This document shows, piece after piece, positions 1 through 12,308 of a DNA stretch of 64,000 bases (position 1 is its first letter; each line of letters opens with the position of its first letter). The stretch comes from Mobula birostris (taxonomy: Eukaryota). A model generated the notes under the pieces. The model did not search any database and was not told the DNA's origin. It saw only the letters and a program-made list of their open reading frames with translations. A program made the translations under genes and the position numbers. The stretch covers positions 15,330,613 to 15,394,612 of the forward strand of contig NC_092392.1 in NCBI RefSeq assembly GCF_030028105.1, in the 5' to 3' direction.

Positions 1-2010
1 TTTGCTACTTTTTGGGGGGATCTGAATATCACTCCCCATGAGGGTCTTTTTACCCTTGCACTTCCTTAGCTCTATCCACAATGATTCAACACATTCCGAC
101 CCTATGTCACCTCTTTCTAATTATTTGATTTCATTTTTTACCAACAGAGTAATGCCACCCATTCTGCCTTCCTGCCTGTCCTTTCATTACAATGTGTATT
201 CTTGGACATTAAACTCCCAGCTATAATCTTCTTTCAGCCATGATTCAGAGATGCCTACAACATCACACATGCCAATCTGCCACAAGCTCATCTACCTTAT
301 TCCACATATTGCGTGCATTCAAATATAACACTTTCAGTCCTATTTATCCTTTTCAATTTTGTCCACCTTTTATGTTGCAACTCATCCCGTTGACTGCTAT
401 TTTGTCCTATCCTCAGCCTCTCCTTGCTAAGAATTTCACTACACATTGCTTCAATTTATAAACCAACTTCAGCACTATCACTCCAGTTCCCGCCCCCCCC
501 ACCAAATTTGTTTAAACCCACCCAAGCAACTCTATCCATCCCCTTTGTAGAGGCTATATCTTCCCCAGAAGAGATCCCAATGATTTATAAATCTGAACTC
601 CTGTCCCCTGCACCAGTTCCTCAGCCATGTATTCACCTGCCAAATCATTCTTCTATTCTTACCCTCACTGGCACGTGGCACAGGCAGCAATCCAGAGATT
701 ACTACATTGGAGGTCCTGTTTCTCAGTTTTCTACCTAACTCCCTAAAATCTCTCTTCAGGACCCCCTCACTGTGTCTACCTAGGTCATCGATGCCAATAT
801 GCACCAAGACTTCTGGCTGCTCGCCCTCGCCCTTGAGAATGCCATGGACCTGACCCAAGACATCCCTGATGCTGGCACCAGGGAACCACATAACATCTAG
901 ATGTCTCCCTTCTGCCCACAGAACCTCACCTCTGTTCCTCTAAGGAATCACCTATCAACATTGCAGTCCTCTTCACCTCTCTGCTCTGCCGAGCCACAGA
1001 ACCAGTAGAGCTACTAGGACTTGATGTTTCAATCCCTATGGTAAGTTGGCACTCTCGATGTTGGCAGTGGGCTTGGAGTGGTGACAAAGAGGGAGGGTAG
1101 GTACAAAATCCGGGTCATCAGGTGGGCACCCTCCTCCTTTGACGTTTCATTGATAAGCCCACGACATCTCCAGAGGGCTCAACGGTGCTACCTGGCATCC
1201 CAGATACACCCCGCTCAGTTGCATACCCTCCTGTCTTCATCTTCATCAGTTGTTGTCTTTCCTTTTAATCCAAATCCATTTGTTGCTTTCTTCTGCTGCA
1301 TTTGACAAGGACTTGATTGCTTGTGGAGGGAGTGACCACTCACCCCCATCTTCTTCAATAGACTGGTCGTAGATGTAGCAACGAATCCCCTGCATCCCAC
1401 TCCTACAGGGAAAATCTTGGACTTCCAGCCATTCTGGGCAGCTTCAGATGCCAGTTCAGAGTACTTGGTCTTTTTCCTCTCATAAGCTTCTTCGACACCA
1501 TCTTCCCATGGTACTGTCAATTCCACAACATATGCCAGCTTGGCTGTTGTGGACCACAGGACCATGTCTGGCCGGAGTGTTGTAGCAGCAATGTCTGGGG
1601 GAAACACAAGCTTTTTTTTCAAGTCCACGTCCATTTTCCAATCTCGAGCAACCTGCAGAATGCTTATATCTTTTGATGTTATATGGTGCTCTGGAGGTTG
1701 GCCTGCTGGTACAAATCGTGTGATGTGGACATTTCCTGCCGATGTTTGTGGGAGAGCATTTGTGGTGATTCGCCTCTGTTCCAAGACTGATGCCGGCCGC
1801 CTGAGAACCTGGTTATGCCACCAAGTGTACCGCCCCTGGGTGAGGCTACCAGACTCAACGTCAGAGACCAAGTCTCTGTGGCTCCCCCTGGTAGGTTGTC
1901 CCCCCAATAGTATCTAAAGTGGTATACTTATTATTGAGGGGAACAGCTACAGGTGTACTCTGCACTGGCTGTGCATTACACCCCTCTCTCCTGACAGTCA
2001 CTCGGCTTGG
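1..2010 (-). mobile_element. Degenerate CR1-type LINE fragment (esterase ORF1 and start of the APE domain), split by a HERO-like insertion at about 1006-1847
   Basis: ORF 532-891 (FPGASIRDV...VLVHIG...VVISGLLPVPRASEG...WLRNWCRGQEFRFINHWDLFWGR) and 1861-2010 (PVAVPLNNKYTTLDTIGG) are colinear with ORF1 of the better-preserved CR1 at 35648-36587. 40-330 resembles the APE N-terminus. Confidence 0.85.
1006..1847 (-). mobile_element. 5'-truncated HERO/R2-superfamily non-LTR retrotransposon (restriction-like endonuclease end)
   Basis: ORF 1215-1907 contains TLRPDMVLWS...VVELTVPWED...ERKKTKYSEL...GW...FPVGVGCRGF, the PD..E RLE signature. Candidate TSD ACCAG at 1001-1005 and 1848-1852. Confidence 0.8.
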
Positions 2011-2456
2011 GAGTAAACTTGAGAGCAAGTGCTGAGTCTTTCTTTTAATAGACAAGTGAAGAGAAAACTGATTACCAAAAGGAAAGGTTAATTTTTTTAA
2101 AAAAAGGTATCCAATTTGCATGCAATTACTTAGAGCATTAAGAAGAAGCGAGGTTTAAATGAGTAATCTGGAGTCTAGTATATGGTCATGCTATTGTGGA
2201 ATGAAAGATTATTTCCCCTCGATGGGAAATAAGCTACTTTAGTCGCATGGCTTATTTTTGGTAGAAATCAAAATATATTAGGCATCCCTCCAAAGACAAC
2301 TCTGGAATTAATCCTGGACTTATTTTCAGATTTTTTTAAAAAAATGAGTCTTTAGTCTGGAATGGAATGCTTACTAGAGCTGATTTATTACCTATTCTCA
2401 ATCTACTGTGAAAACCATAAAAGTTAATGAATAGAAAGGAATTAAATTTAACTTAC

Positions 2457-2549
2457 ACCTTTACTGTTGGTCTGTATATCTACATTTCCATGGATTGTTC
2501 CTAGACAGATTACGTTTCCACCTCTGCTTTGCACTTTGACTTTATGGGC
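2457..2549 (-). CDS. FAM185A: FAM185A coding exon 3 (93 bp); the gene continues left of the window
   Basis: ttcag|GCC...GGT|gtaagt boundaries. Translates AHKVKVQSRGGNVICLGTIHGNVDIQTNSKG, matching remembered human GQKLHVQTKGGKVICLGTVYGNIDIHASDKS. Phase 0 is compatible with exon 2. Confidence 0.9.
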
Positions 2550-2684
2550 CTGAATAGCACAATAAACAAAAAGAAAGTAATACGTTGTTTCAACCAAGAA
2601 TAAAACTTCAAATATCTATTAGCATTCCCAATACAATATCACAAATTAATATCCATGATGATTTCAAAATTTCCTTCTGCCATC

Positions 2685-3925
2685 AGCATCAGAGAATCAG
2701 AATCAGGTTTATTAACACTGATATATCTCAGGAAATTTGTTGTTTAGCAGCAGCAGTACAGTACAATATATAACATATACTATAAATTACAATAAGAAAT
2801 ATATATAAAAATAAATAAGTAGTGCGTAAAGAGAGCAAAAATCGTGAAGTAGTGTACTCGGGTTCATTGTCCATTGGAAATCGGACGGTGGAGGGGAAGA
2901 AGCTGTTCCTAAAATGTTCAGTGTGTGTCTTCAGGCTCTTGCACCTTCTCTCTGATGGTAGAAATGAGAAGAGAGCATGTCCCGGGTGGTGGGTGTCCCT
3001 TTTGAAACACCGCTCTTTGAACATGTCCTCAATGGTGGGGAGTCTAGTGCCCATGATATTGAATTGGCTGCGTTTACAACCCTCCGCATCCTTTTCTGAT
3101 CCCGTGCAGCGGTCCCCTCGATACTAGATGGTAACGCAACCTGTAGAATGCTCTCCACGGTACACCTGTACAAATATGCTAGAATATTTAGAGACATACC
3201 AAATCTCCCCAAACTTCTAATAAAAGATAGCTACTGGTGTGCCTTCTTCATAATTGTATCAACATTTTAGATCTTCAGAGATATGGACATCCAGGAACCT
3301 GAAACCGCTCACCCTTTCAATTGCCGACCCCTCTAAGGAGGGGAACTCTGTGTTCCTTCGACTTCCCCTTCCTGAAGTCCACATTCAATTCCTTGGTTTT
3401 ACCGACATGGAGTGCAAGGTTGCTGTTGTGACACCAAACAGCTGATCTATCTCACTCTTATACGCCTCCTCGTCACCACCTGAGACTCTGCCGATAAGTT
3501 ATGTCATCAGCAAATTTATAGATGCTGTTTGCACTGTGTCTAGCTACAGTCATGAGTGTAGAGAGGAGAACACAGGGCTATGCATGCATACTTGAAGTGC
3601 ATCTGTATTGATTTTCAGCAAGGATAAGATGTTATTTCTGATCTGTACTGGTTGGCCTATGAGGAAGTCAAGGATCCAGTTGCAGAGAGAGGTACAGAGG
3701 CCCTGGTTTTGAAGCTTATTGATGAGCACTGAGGGAATACTGGTAAACAAAACTAAACAGCAGTTTGACATAGATACTGCTGTTGTCCAGGTAGTCCAAG
3801 ACTGAGTACAGCGAGCAACTTTTTCACTGTAGACCTATTGCGGTGGTAGGCAAATTGCAGTGGGTCCAATTTGGCAGGAGCTAATTCCAGCCATGATCAT
3901 CCTCTCAAAGCATTTCATCACGGTA
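2685..3925 (-). mobile_element. Degenerate Rex1/Babar-type LINE, 3' part
   Basis: Fragments HPGHALFSFLPS...KTHTEHFRNSFFP, YLYRCTVESIL and LCNWILDFL; short (AGAATC)n tail near 2690. Confidence 0.75.
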
Positions 3926-4658
3926 GCTGTGGTGACCTAAAATTAAGTGTAAAACTTGAGAGAAATGGGGGTTACGTAACTGTCAGGGAATAAAAGCAGA
4001 TCAATTGAAGCCAAGTGTGAAAATGGCTGAAAAAATAAAGCATCACATTCAAGTTCAGCAGTTGGGTGCTGACTTGATGCAGGGGAGAAGAGCGTCAAAG
4101 CCAGAAGAAAAAGTGGCCTTATAATTATAAAAATCGGGTGGGAGGAAAGGTGAAGAGAGGAGAGAAAACAAAGGATAGCAGGCTATAGAGGAGCTAACCC
4201 AGCTCTTTTTCTCAATATAGGAAGGCAATGGTATAAGAGGAGAGCTTAGCCTGGATCTAAGGGGGCGATTTCTATGCCCTCAGAATGAGAGTCGTTGGAA
4301 TCTGGAACAACTGCTCGAGGACATAGAGAATGCATGTCCTCTCCATTAGAAGCATCTAGACCTGCAGTTGAATCACCAAGGCATGGTTGGCCCACAGACC
4401 AAATGTGAGTAAACGGGGGTAGTATCGATAAGTACAATCGTCAGCATGAAGATGCTGTACAACTCCATTAATTTATGATACACGAGCAAGATTTTTAATG
4501 AAATGACAATAGAGTTTATGTAGCCACAAGTCTATGTTCCCCATCATGTGCTTCACCAAAGTTTTACCTTCTATTACCTTACATGGTCAACTAAAAGCAA
4601 AAATCCTCTGAGGAACACTTACCCATTTTTCTTTAACATCTTATGAGCAACACAGTTA

Positions 4659-6399
4659 CAGTACCCTGTAAAAGTATTCAGCCCCCACAACTGTAATCAC
4701 ATTGTACTATCTCATTTTCTAAATTTAAAATACACTATATTGAAGGAGGATTTTTTGAGTTAATCCACAAAACATTGTGTAACATGTCAAATCAAAAGAA
4801 AAATTCCAAAGCCTGCCACCAATTTAAAAAAATTAAAAACTAAAATTGTGAGGCTGAAAAAGTATTCATCCCTTTGTAATTACTGCACTAACTTTCCTTG
4901 GGTGCAATATTGTATATTACCTAACCAACTCACACAAATTGTTGATGGAGAAAATTGGAGGGTCAGCTGTTTTCAATGAATTCATTAGAATAAATACCCC
5001 CTCTCTCTGTAAGGTCCAACAATATGGTAGATTTTCAACAGACCACACCAAAAATAAGGCAAAAGGGTACTCAAGACAAGCCAGGGAAACGTTAATAGAG
5101 AAGCACAAACCTAGGGAAGAGTACAAGCCCATCTCAAAGGCACTGAATATACCTTGGTGCTCAGTGCAGTCCATTGTGGAAAAAATGTGAAACTACAGCC
5201 ACACTGCCAATGTCAGCACGAGGAAATCTGCAGATGCTGGAAATTCAAGCAACACACATCAAAGTTGCTGGTGAACGCAGCAGGCCAGGCAGCATCTCTA
5301 GGAAGAGGTATAGTCGACGTTTCAGGCCGAAGGGTTTCCTGACGAAGGGTCTCAGCCTGAAACGTCGACTGTACCTCTTCCTAGAGATGCTGCCTGGCCT
5401 GCTGCGTTCACCAGCAATTTTGATGTGTGTTGCTGTCAATGTCAGGCTCCCTCTCTAAACATAGTTGCTGAAGAAAGGTACTTGTAAGAGAGACTACTGT
5501 GACACCAACAGTCACTTTGAGTGAGCTGCAGAAGTCAAAAAAACCATATCCTTGCTCATAAAGACTTTACAAAGTGTCACTAAAAGGATACTTCAAAAAC
5601 ATGGAAGAAGATCTTGTGGACAGATGAGACAAAAGTGGAACTTACCAGCCTCAAAACTAAGCAGTACATGGTGTAAATCTAACACTGCACATCAGCCAGG
5701 TAAAGCCATCCTTACTGTAAAGTATGGTGGAAGTAGCATCATGCTGTGGGGACACTTTGCAGCAGCAGGGACTGGAAATCTAGTCAGGGTTGATGGGAAG
5801 ATGAATGCTGCCAAATATAGAGAGATTCTGGATAAAGTTGTGCTAGTCTCTGCCAGAAAGCTTAAGCTGGGGAGGAAGTTCATCTTTCAGCAGGGCAACA
5901 ACCCAAAGCACAGTGCCAGAGCAATCACGGAGTGGCTTCAAATGAAAAAAATTGATGTCCTTGAGTGGCCCAGTCAGAGTCCTTCTTAACCTGATCGGAT
6001 ATCTCTGGCAAGACCTCAAGACTGCCTATCCAGTGTCACTCCCTAACTAACCTGGCACAGCCTGGGCAATTCTGCAAGGAGAAATGGGCAAACTTTGCTC
6101 CATCATGCTGTTCAAAGCTAATAAAAACATTTTCAAAAAGACTAATGGATGAAAAAGCTTTAAGAGGCCATTCAATTAAGTACTGAGGAAAGGGAGATGA
6201 ATACTTTAGGACCGCTGACATTTTAGTTTTCAATTTTTAGACTTCCATGATTTACAATTTTCCCATTTTTGGAATCCACTGTGAAAAAAAGACCATATGA
6301 TTCACAAATAAAAATTATCAGTTAAATTTATCAAAATCTCTCGGAATGCTCACTTATGTGAACAAAGAGTTGGGGGCTGAATACTTTTACAAGGCACTG
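4659..6399 (+). mobile_element. Tc1-family (IR/DR type) DNA transposon with a dead transposase
   Basis: TIRs CAGTACCCTGTAAAAGTATTCAGCCCCCA and its near reverse complement, TA duplicated at both ends, inner direct repeats near 4858 and 6195. Peptide YGGSSIMLWG...FQQGNNPKH...WPSQSP has the catalytic D changed to G, plus stops. Confidence 0.92.
5217..5432. mobile_element. Palindromic Penelope-derived pLTR element with a hammerhead core, inserted in the Tc1
   Basis: Near-perfect inverted arms (about 5249-5330 vs 5355-5432). CTGACGA..GAAACGTC at about 5339-5366. Flanked by ctgccaatgtcag / ctgtcaatgtcag. Near-identical to the 3' end of the PLE at 7690-7820. Confidence 0.85.
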
Positions 6400-6857
6400 T
6401 AAATATAGTATGTGATCATTTCAACAAATTAGAAATTATTTTCTTATTTAAAGAACATCCAGGTTTTAAGTGTAGTTTTGGTTCTGTAATAGAAACCTGT
6501 CAACGTATTTCATTAATTCTTTTCTTTTCTTGTTCAAAAAATAAATACAGAAATTTAATATATTGCTCAGGCAGGTTAATAATACCCCTCATTTAAATAA
6601 CTGCATTAAGTGAAAATACAATGATCAGAAGAGGTATTATGAGATTCTTGAGAGAGAACACACAGATTGGTCCACAAAGAAACAGCATTTCCTGTGAACT
6701 ATAAAAAACAAGAGAATTACTTCTGCCCTCATCTATTGAATAAGAGACTTCAAAAAGAATATGTACGAAATAGAGTGACTTTATGAAAACGTTGCTGCTG
6801 ACAAGAAAAATTCTGCTGAAAATAAAATATTTCAAGTTAAAACCAAATACCTTTAAT

Positions 6858-7825
6858 TATCCCACCACTAAGCACATCTTTCCCTCCCCCCATCTCTTTG
6901 CTTTCCGCAAGGATCACTCCCTACGCGACTCCCTTGTCCATTCGTCCCCCCCATCCCTCCCCACTGATCTCCCTCCTGGCACTTATCCTTGTAAACGGAA
7001 CAAGTGCTACACATGCCCTTACACTTCCTCCCTTACCACCATTCAGGGCCCCAGACAGTCCTTCCAGGTGAGGCAACACTTCACCTGTGAGTCAGCTGGG
7101 ATGATATACTGCGTCCGGTGCTCCCGATGTGGCCTTCTATATATTGGCGAGACCCAACGCAGACTGGGAGATCGTTTTGCTGAACACCTACGCTCTGTCC
7201 GCCAGAGAAAGCAGGATCTCCCAGTGGCCACACATTTTAATTCCACATCCCATTCCCATTCTGACATGTCTATCCACGGTCCCCTCTATTGTAACGATGA
7301 AGCCACACTCAGGTTGGAGGAACAACACTTTATATTCCGTCTGGGTAGCCTCCAACCTGATGGCATGAACACTGACTTCTCTAACTTCCGCTAATGCCCC
7401 ACCTCCCCCTTGTACCCCATCCGTTATTTATATACACACATTCTTTCTCTCTCTCTCTCTCCTTTTTCTCCCTCTGTCCCTCTGACTCTCTGACTATACC
7501 CCTTGCCCATCCTCTGGGTTCCCCCCCCCTTCTCCCTGGGCATCCTGTCCCATGATCCTCTCATATCCCTTTTGCCAATCACCTGTCCAGCTTTTGGCTC
7601 CATCCCTCTCCCTCCTGTCTTCTCCTATCATTTTGGATCTCCCCCTCCCCCTCCCACTTTTAAATCTCTTACTAGCTCTTCCTTCAGTTAGTCCTGATGA
7701 AGGGTCTCGGCCTGAAACGTCAACTGTACCTCTTCCTAGAGATGCTGCCTGGCCTGCTGCGTTCACCAGCAACTTTGATGTGTATTGCTTGAATTTCCAG
7801 CATCTACAGAATTCCTCGTGTTTAC
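6858..7825 (+). mobile_element. Penelope-like element (probably Neptune group), 5'-truncated, with GIY-YIG endonuclease and pLTR
   Basis: ORF to 7394 contains a PCKRNKCYTC Cys linker, MIYCVRCSRCGLLYIGETQRRLGDRFAEH and VATHFN...RLGSLQPDGMN. It is followed by a pyrimidine-rich UTR and a hammerhead motif. Confidence 0.9.
7685..7726 (+). ncRNA. Minimal type-I hammerhead ribozyme motif in the Penelope pLTR
   Basis: CAGTTAGTC-CTGATGA-AGGGTCTCGGCCT-GAAAC-GTC-AACTG: intact CUGANGA and GAAA boxes, an AGG/CCU stem II, palindromic ACGT stem III and a GUC site. Confidence 0.7.
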
Positions 7826-7890
7826 CTTTAATTGGTATGGATTAATTTTCTAGAAATTTTTCAGCAAATTTTCACGATAGCAGTCTAGAT

Positions 7891-7950
7891 CAGGGGTTCC
7901 CAATAGCCCTCGGTTAAGGCTCCATGGCGTAATCAAGTTTGGGAACCCTG
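7891..7950. mobile_element. 60-bp hAT-type MITE remnant
   Basis: CAGGGGTTCCCAA...TTGGGAACCCTG termini; degenerate 8-bp flanks gtctagat / gtttggac. Confidence 0.55.
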
Positions 7951-8484
7951 GTTTGGACTCTTGAAAGTGCATAAAAATAATAAATGAGCAACAGCCCTGG
8001 GCTATTTTTCTGCAATAGAAGTTGAATTCCCAACCTCAATCAATGTCAGCACTAACTACTAATAAATAAGTTGAAGTTTTGCCTACTCTTTGTGAATCAA
8101 TTTGGAGCGAGGAGTAGCTTTATTTTACAACTCAGAAAACACAAACCATCAGGCCATTAATAGCAATCCAGCTGGCTTGACTAATTTAATTAAGTTTACT
8201 TTAGTAAACATACAGATGTTTTAAGCCAGATTGCCCAGTCTTCTATTCTAAAATAATGACCTTCATTCTGTTTCATCCTTCAACATAATGGAGATCATAC
8301 TGTAGGACAACGCTGCATGAAAATTCTCACACTGACTTCACTACACCTGTGAACATTAATTAACATAATTCCACGGTGTCACATTTTAATTGTTGATGGG
8401 AGCAACTTAAAAGGGACCAGACCTTAAAATACTTTGAACTTTCTTTCAAAATTCAATTTTGAAATTTGTGGCCCTGCCACAAGA

Positions 8485-8892
8485 AAGCAGTACCTTCGCC
8501 ATCCAGGCCACGTTGTTTTCACGCCCCTGCTATTGGGAAGGCGGTCCCGCACCACCAGGTTCAGTAACATTTATCACCCTTCAGCCATCAGGCCCCTGAC
8601 CAGCATGAATAACCTCAAATCTGAACTGATTCCATAACCTATGGACTCACTTTTAAGTTCTCTATAACCCATGTTATCAGTATTATTTATTTACTTATTT
8701 ATTACTACTTTTGAATTTGCACAGATTGTCACCTTTTGCACATTGGTTGTTTATCAGTCTTTGTGTGTAGTTTTTCACTGATTTTATTGTACTTCTTTGT
8801 TCTACTGTGAATCCCTGCAGGAAAATGAACCTCAAGGTAGAGTATGTGGGGGTATACATGTAATTTTGACGATAAATTTACTTTGAACTTTT
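8485..8892 (+). mobile_element. Old Rex/L2-like LINE 3' end
   Basis: HPGHVVFTPLLLGRR...TTRFSN..HPSAIR remnant followed by a T-rich UTR and an actttgaacttt tail. Confidence 0.6.
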
Positions 8893-8965
8893 TAATTACT
8901 AATAACAGCATATTAGTACAAAACTGCTTGATGACAAGTGAAATTAAAACTATTATCTCGGAATA

Positions 8966-9757
8966 CAGTGGATTCTGGTTAATTGGCACACATCAGTATC
9001 AGAGCATTTTGGCACAATTAAGCGGCTGCCCCAATTAGCCAAAGTTTCATAGAAATAGTTATAAAGATATAAAAAGACAAACTGAGTAACAAATTATGTA
9101 TCTAAATGAAATATAGAACAAATTAGAACACTATCAATACTACTACGGTACTATAAAACTGTGTATTGGTTCCTAATAGTTATCAACGGAGGAACTCACC
9201 CAGTGTACGCAATGAACAAACAGCGCAGACAGCTAGTACAGATAATGGGTTACCTTCATACAATGCTATCGACAACTGTATTCTCCAAATCTTCAGTTTC
9301 ATTGTAACATTCAAGACAATTGTCAATACCTTAAAATTTTTCATAGTTCCTAACTTGTTGAAGTAGTGAAAAAATTTCATCTTCACTCCCAGACATTTCT
9401 GGTATCTCCAAGCCTGAATGTTTGAAACCGTAGTGAGCAAAACAGTTCTGAATTGTTTTACTGCTCACTTCTCGCCAACTATCATGACAAAAAATTGCTG
9501 CTTTGCTGCTTTTTGAACACAAACACACACAATTGCCGCTAATTGCTCTAAGCACTAGTGTTGAATGGCCACGCAAATGCATGACTGATGTTAGTTAGAA
9601 CCTGTTTGGCAAGTCTCTTGCCAATTAAGTGGCATAGTGTCCCAAGTAAATAAAGAGAATCCCAGCAATTTTCTCGATTAGTTTTTACTTTTTAAGAGTT
9701 GGCCCAAATAAGCAGCTTCCCTGATTAACCAATGGCCCAATTAACTAGAATTCACTG
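8966..9757 (-). mobile_element. Internally deleted Tigger/pogo DNA element
   Basis: TA|CAGTGGATTCTGGTTAATTGG ... CCAATTAACTAGAATTCACTG|TA; the remnant DSWREVSSKTIQNCFAHYGF is typical of the Tigger C-terminus. Confidence 0.8.
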
Positions 9758-10399
9758 TAAATATTAACAGTTATATTTTCAGTATTTTATACAATACTGA
9801 AAATATAAATGCTTGTAGGAAACTTTTAAATTGAAAACCCGTCACCCCCCTCACACATAGAGTGGCATTTTTATTGAAGAAATCTGTGACCCAGAGATTC
9901 AGCAGATGTTGTCTATCTTGAGATTTTAGCAAACTTTTTTTTGAAGAATACATCTCACGATGCTCTGAACACATTTTCAATGATGTAACCATCGGGTGTT
10001 TTGGGTCTTTCAAAATCAGACACCCTCACCCCGGCAATTCAGTCACAACTTGTGTTCAGGGAGCATGCGCTGCAGATCCCCGTGGACTTGCATTCTTCAT
10101 CCAGAGCCACCTTGAGGCTTTCTCTGCTGCCTCTTAAAACTTGCAAGCAAAAATAATGATTCCATTCCCTGGCTATCTCACACTACAAATAGCTGTAAAA
10201 TGTGTGCTCTAAACTTAAGTTGTGCAAGCTTTTTTTTTGTCTTACATAATTATTAGTTGGGAATGTGATTTTTAACCTAGTTTCTATACAAGTATTCAAT
10301 CTATTGTTTTATATATAAGAGAATCATGCCACCTCATGGCAAGTTCATGTAATTTAGGTATAGCTAAAAAAAAATCCTTAAGGTCAAGATTCATGCAAT

Positions 10400-10620
10400 A
10401 TAGAAACAGAACCTTTGGCACATCAGGTCCACGCCACCATCAAGAACGCATTTAAACTAATCCTATTTTATTATCACCACATTCCCAATAACTCATCCAG
10501 ATTCTATCACTCACTTACACATTAAGCGCTATTTGAAGTGGCCAATCAATTCACAGAACTTTGGGGTGTGGAACAAACCAGAGCATCTTGGGGGAAATCC
10601 ACATGGTCACTGGGAGAATA
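10400..10620 (-). mobile_element. V-domain SINE remnant interrupted by a Tigger element (resumes at about 12309-12370)
   Basis: tgtggaacaaaccagagcatc..ggaaatccacatggtcactgggagaata | tgcaactc is the reverse complement of the V domain, split at a TA. Confidence 0.6.
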
Positions 10621-12308
10621 CAGGTTTCCCCCGCCATCCGAAGGTAGAGCGTTCCTATGAAACGGTTCGTAAGCCGAAATGTCGTAAAGCGAAGAAGCAA
10701 TTACTATTTATTTACATGGGAAAAATTTGTGAGTGTTTGCAGACCCAAAAATAACCTACCAAATCATGCCAAATAACACATAAAACCTAAAATAGCAGTA
10801 ACATAGTAAAAGCAGGAATGATATGATAAATACACAGCCTATATATAAAGTAGAAATACTTTTCCACAATCATTACTGCACTGTTCTCCGTAGCAAAAAT
10901 CTCGCGCAAGCGCCGTCTGCAGAAAATCTCACGCAAGCGCTGTTGGCAAAAACACGGCGCAAGCGCTCTCCAGTAACCTTTAAGCTATGAAGCTGCCAAA
11001 TCATACCAAATAACACGTAAAAATACACAGCCTATATAAAGTAGAAATAATGTATGTACAGTGTAGTATCACTTACCGGAATTGGTTCAGCGCCGAGCAC
11101 ACTGATGATGGTGTATTAGACTGAGCCGTCGCAGGTTGGGTGGTGCAGTGGCCCCCACCCTCCAGGCCGCCGACAGATACCAAACCGCGAAGCATGCAGA
11201 GGTCCAGCGGTAGCCGGGAGGCATCCAGCACATCTTTAAGAAAAAAGTCGAAATAAACATGCTAATCAATTACATGTCGGGTGGCATCTAATTAATTAGC
11301 ATGTTTATTTCGGCTTTTTTCTTAAAGATGTGCTGTGTGCCTCCCGGCTACCGCTGCATTGTCTGCGAATCGCGGGGTGGTGGGACACTGGGGTGTCATC
11401 TCGTCGTCTGTTTCCATTAGAGCAGGCAGCTCATCTTCTCCTATGACTGCCTGCCTCGATGTCAAGGGTCGAGGTTCATCGTCTGCTGTGGCTGATGTGG
11501 AAGGCTTGCTTGACTGCTGAGCCTCGCGCATTTTTCTATCATACAGTTCTCTGTAAGGACTCAAACCATCCTGCATATATCCCCTAAACCTATGTACCCT
11601 TTCAAAATTGAAGTCGTACTTTATCATTGCAGCGAAAATCTCACGCAGTTGCTTCACGTTCAGTTCCCGGACAACTTCACTTTCGGTCCGTTCGCTACTG
11701 TATTCAGTTTCAATTGTTATCCTTTCCTCTTCCAATTGCATCAGCTCTTCGCGAAAATCTCACGCAGTTGCTTCACGTTCAGTTCCCGGACAACTTCACT
11801 TTCGGTCCGTTCGCTACTGTATTCAGTTTCAATTGTTATCCTTTCCTCTTCCAATTGCATCAGCTCTTCATCTACCAGTTCTTGGTTATGAGATGCCAAA
11901 ACCTCTTCAACATCATGTTCGTCAGCTTCCACAAGCCAAACTCACTTAGTCCTTACTTCGTTCACCACAACCGAAACGCTTAATTATGTCTAGTTTTACG
12001 CTAAGTGTTAACACCCTTACGAGCTCTTTTAGGCTTTTCCGATACCTTAGAACTCATCTTGCAAATGGCTGCTCACAGGCACGTGTTTAAGCAACGCCAG
12101 CGAGAATGCAGTTCCGAATCCGGGGGAGAACGGCTGCTCGGGGCCTTTTATCACGCGCTGATTTTTTCGTGCACTGATTTTCCCCGCGTGCTGCTTTTTT
12201 TTCGTAACAATGTAAACACCTTCTGAAAGCGAAAACAGGGTACTAATGTAGGTCTTCCGTAACAGTGAGGCTTCGTAAAGCGAACGTTCGAAAAGCGGGG
12301 GACACCTG
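10621..12308 (-). mobile_element. Non-autonomous Tigger/pogo DNA transposon
   Basis: TA|CAGGTTTCCCCCGC...GCGGGGGACACCTG|TA TIRs; acidic Tigger C-terminal remnant (EADEHDVEEVLASHNQELVDEELMQLEEE...YRELYDRK). Still CpG-rich, suggesting youth. Confidence 0.88.
11632..11869. repeat. Perfect 119-bp tandem duplication inside the Tigger element
   Basis: gcgaaaatctcacgcag...cagctcttc at 11632-11750 is repeated at 11751-11869. Confidence 0.92.
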
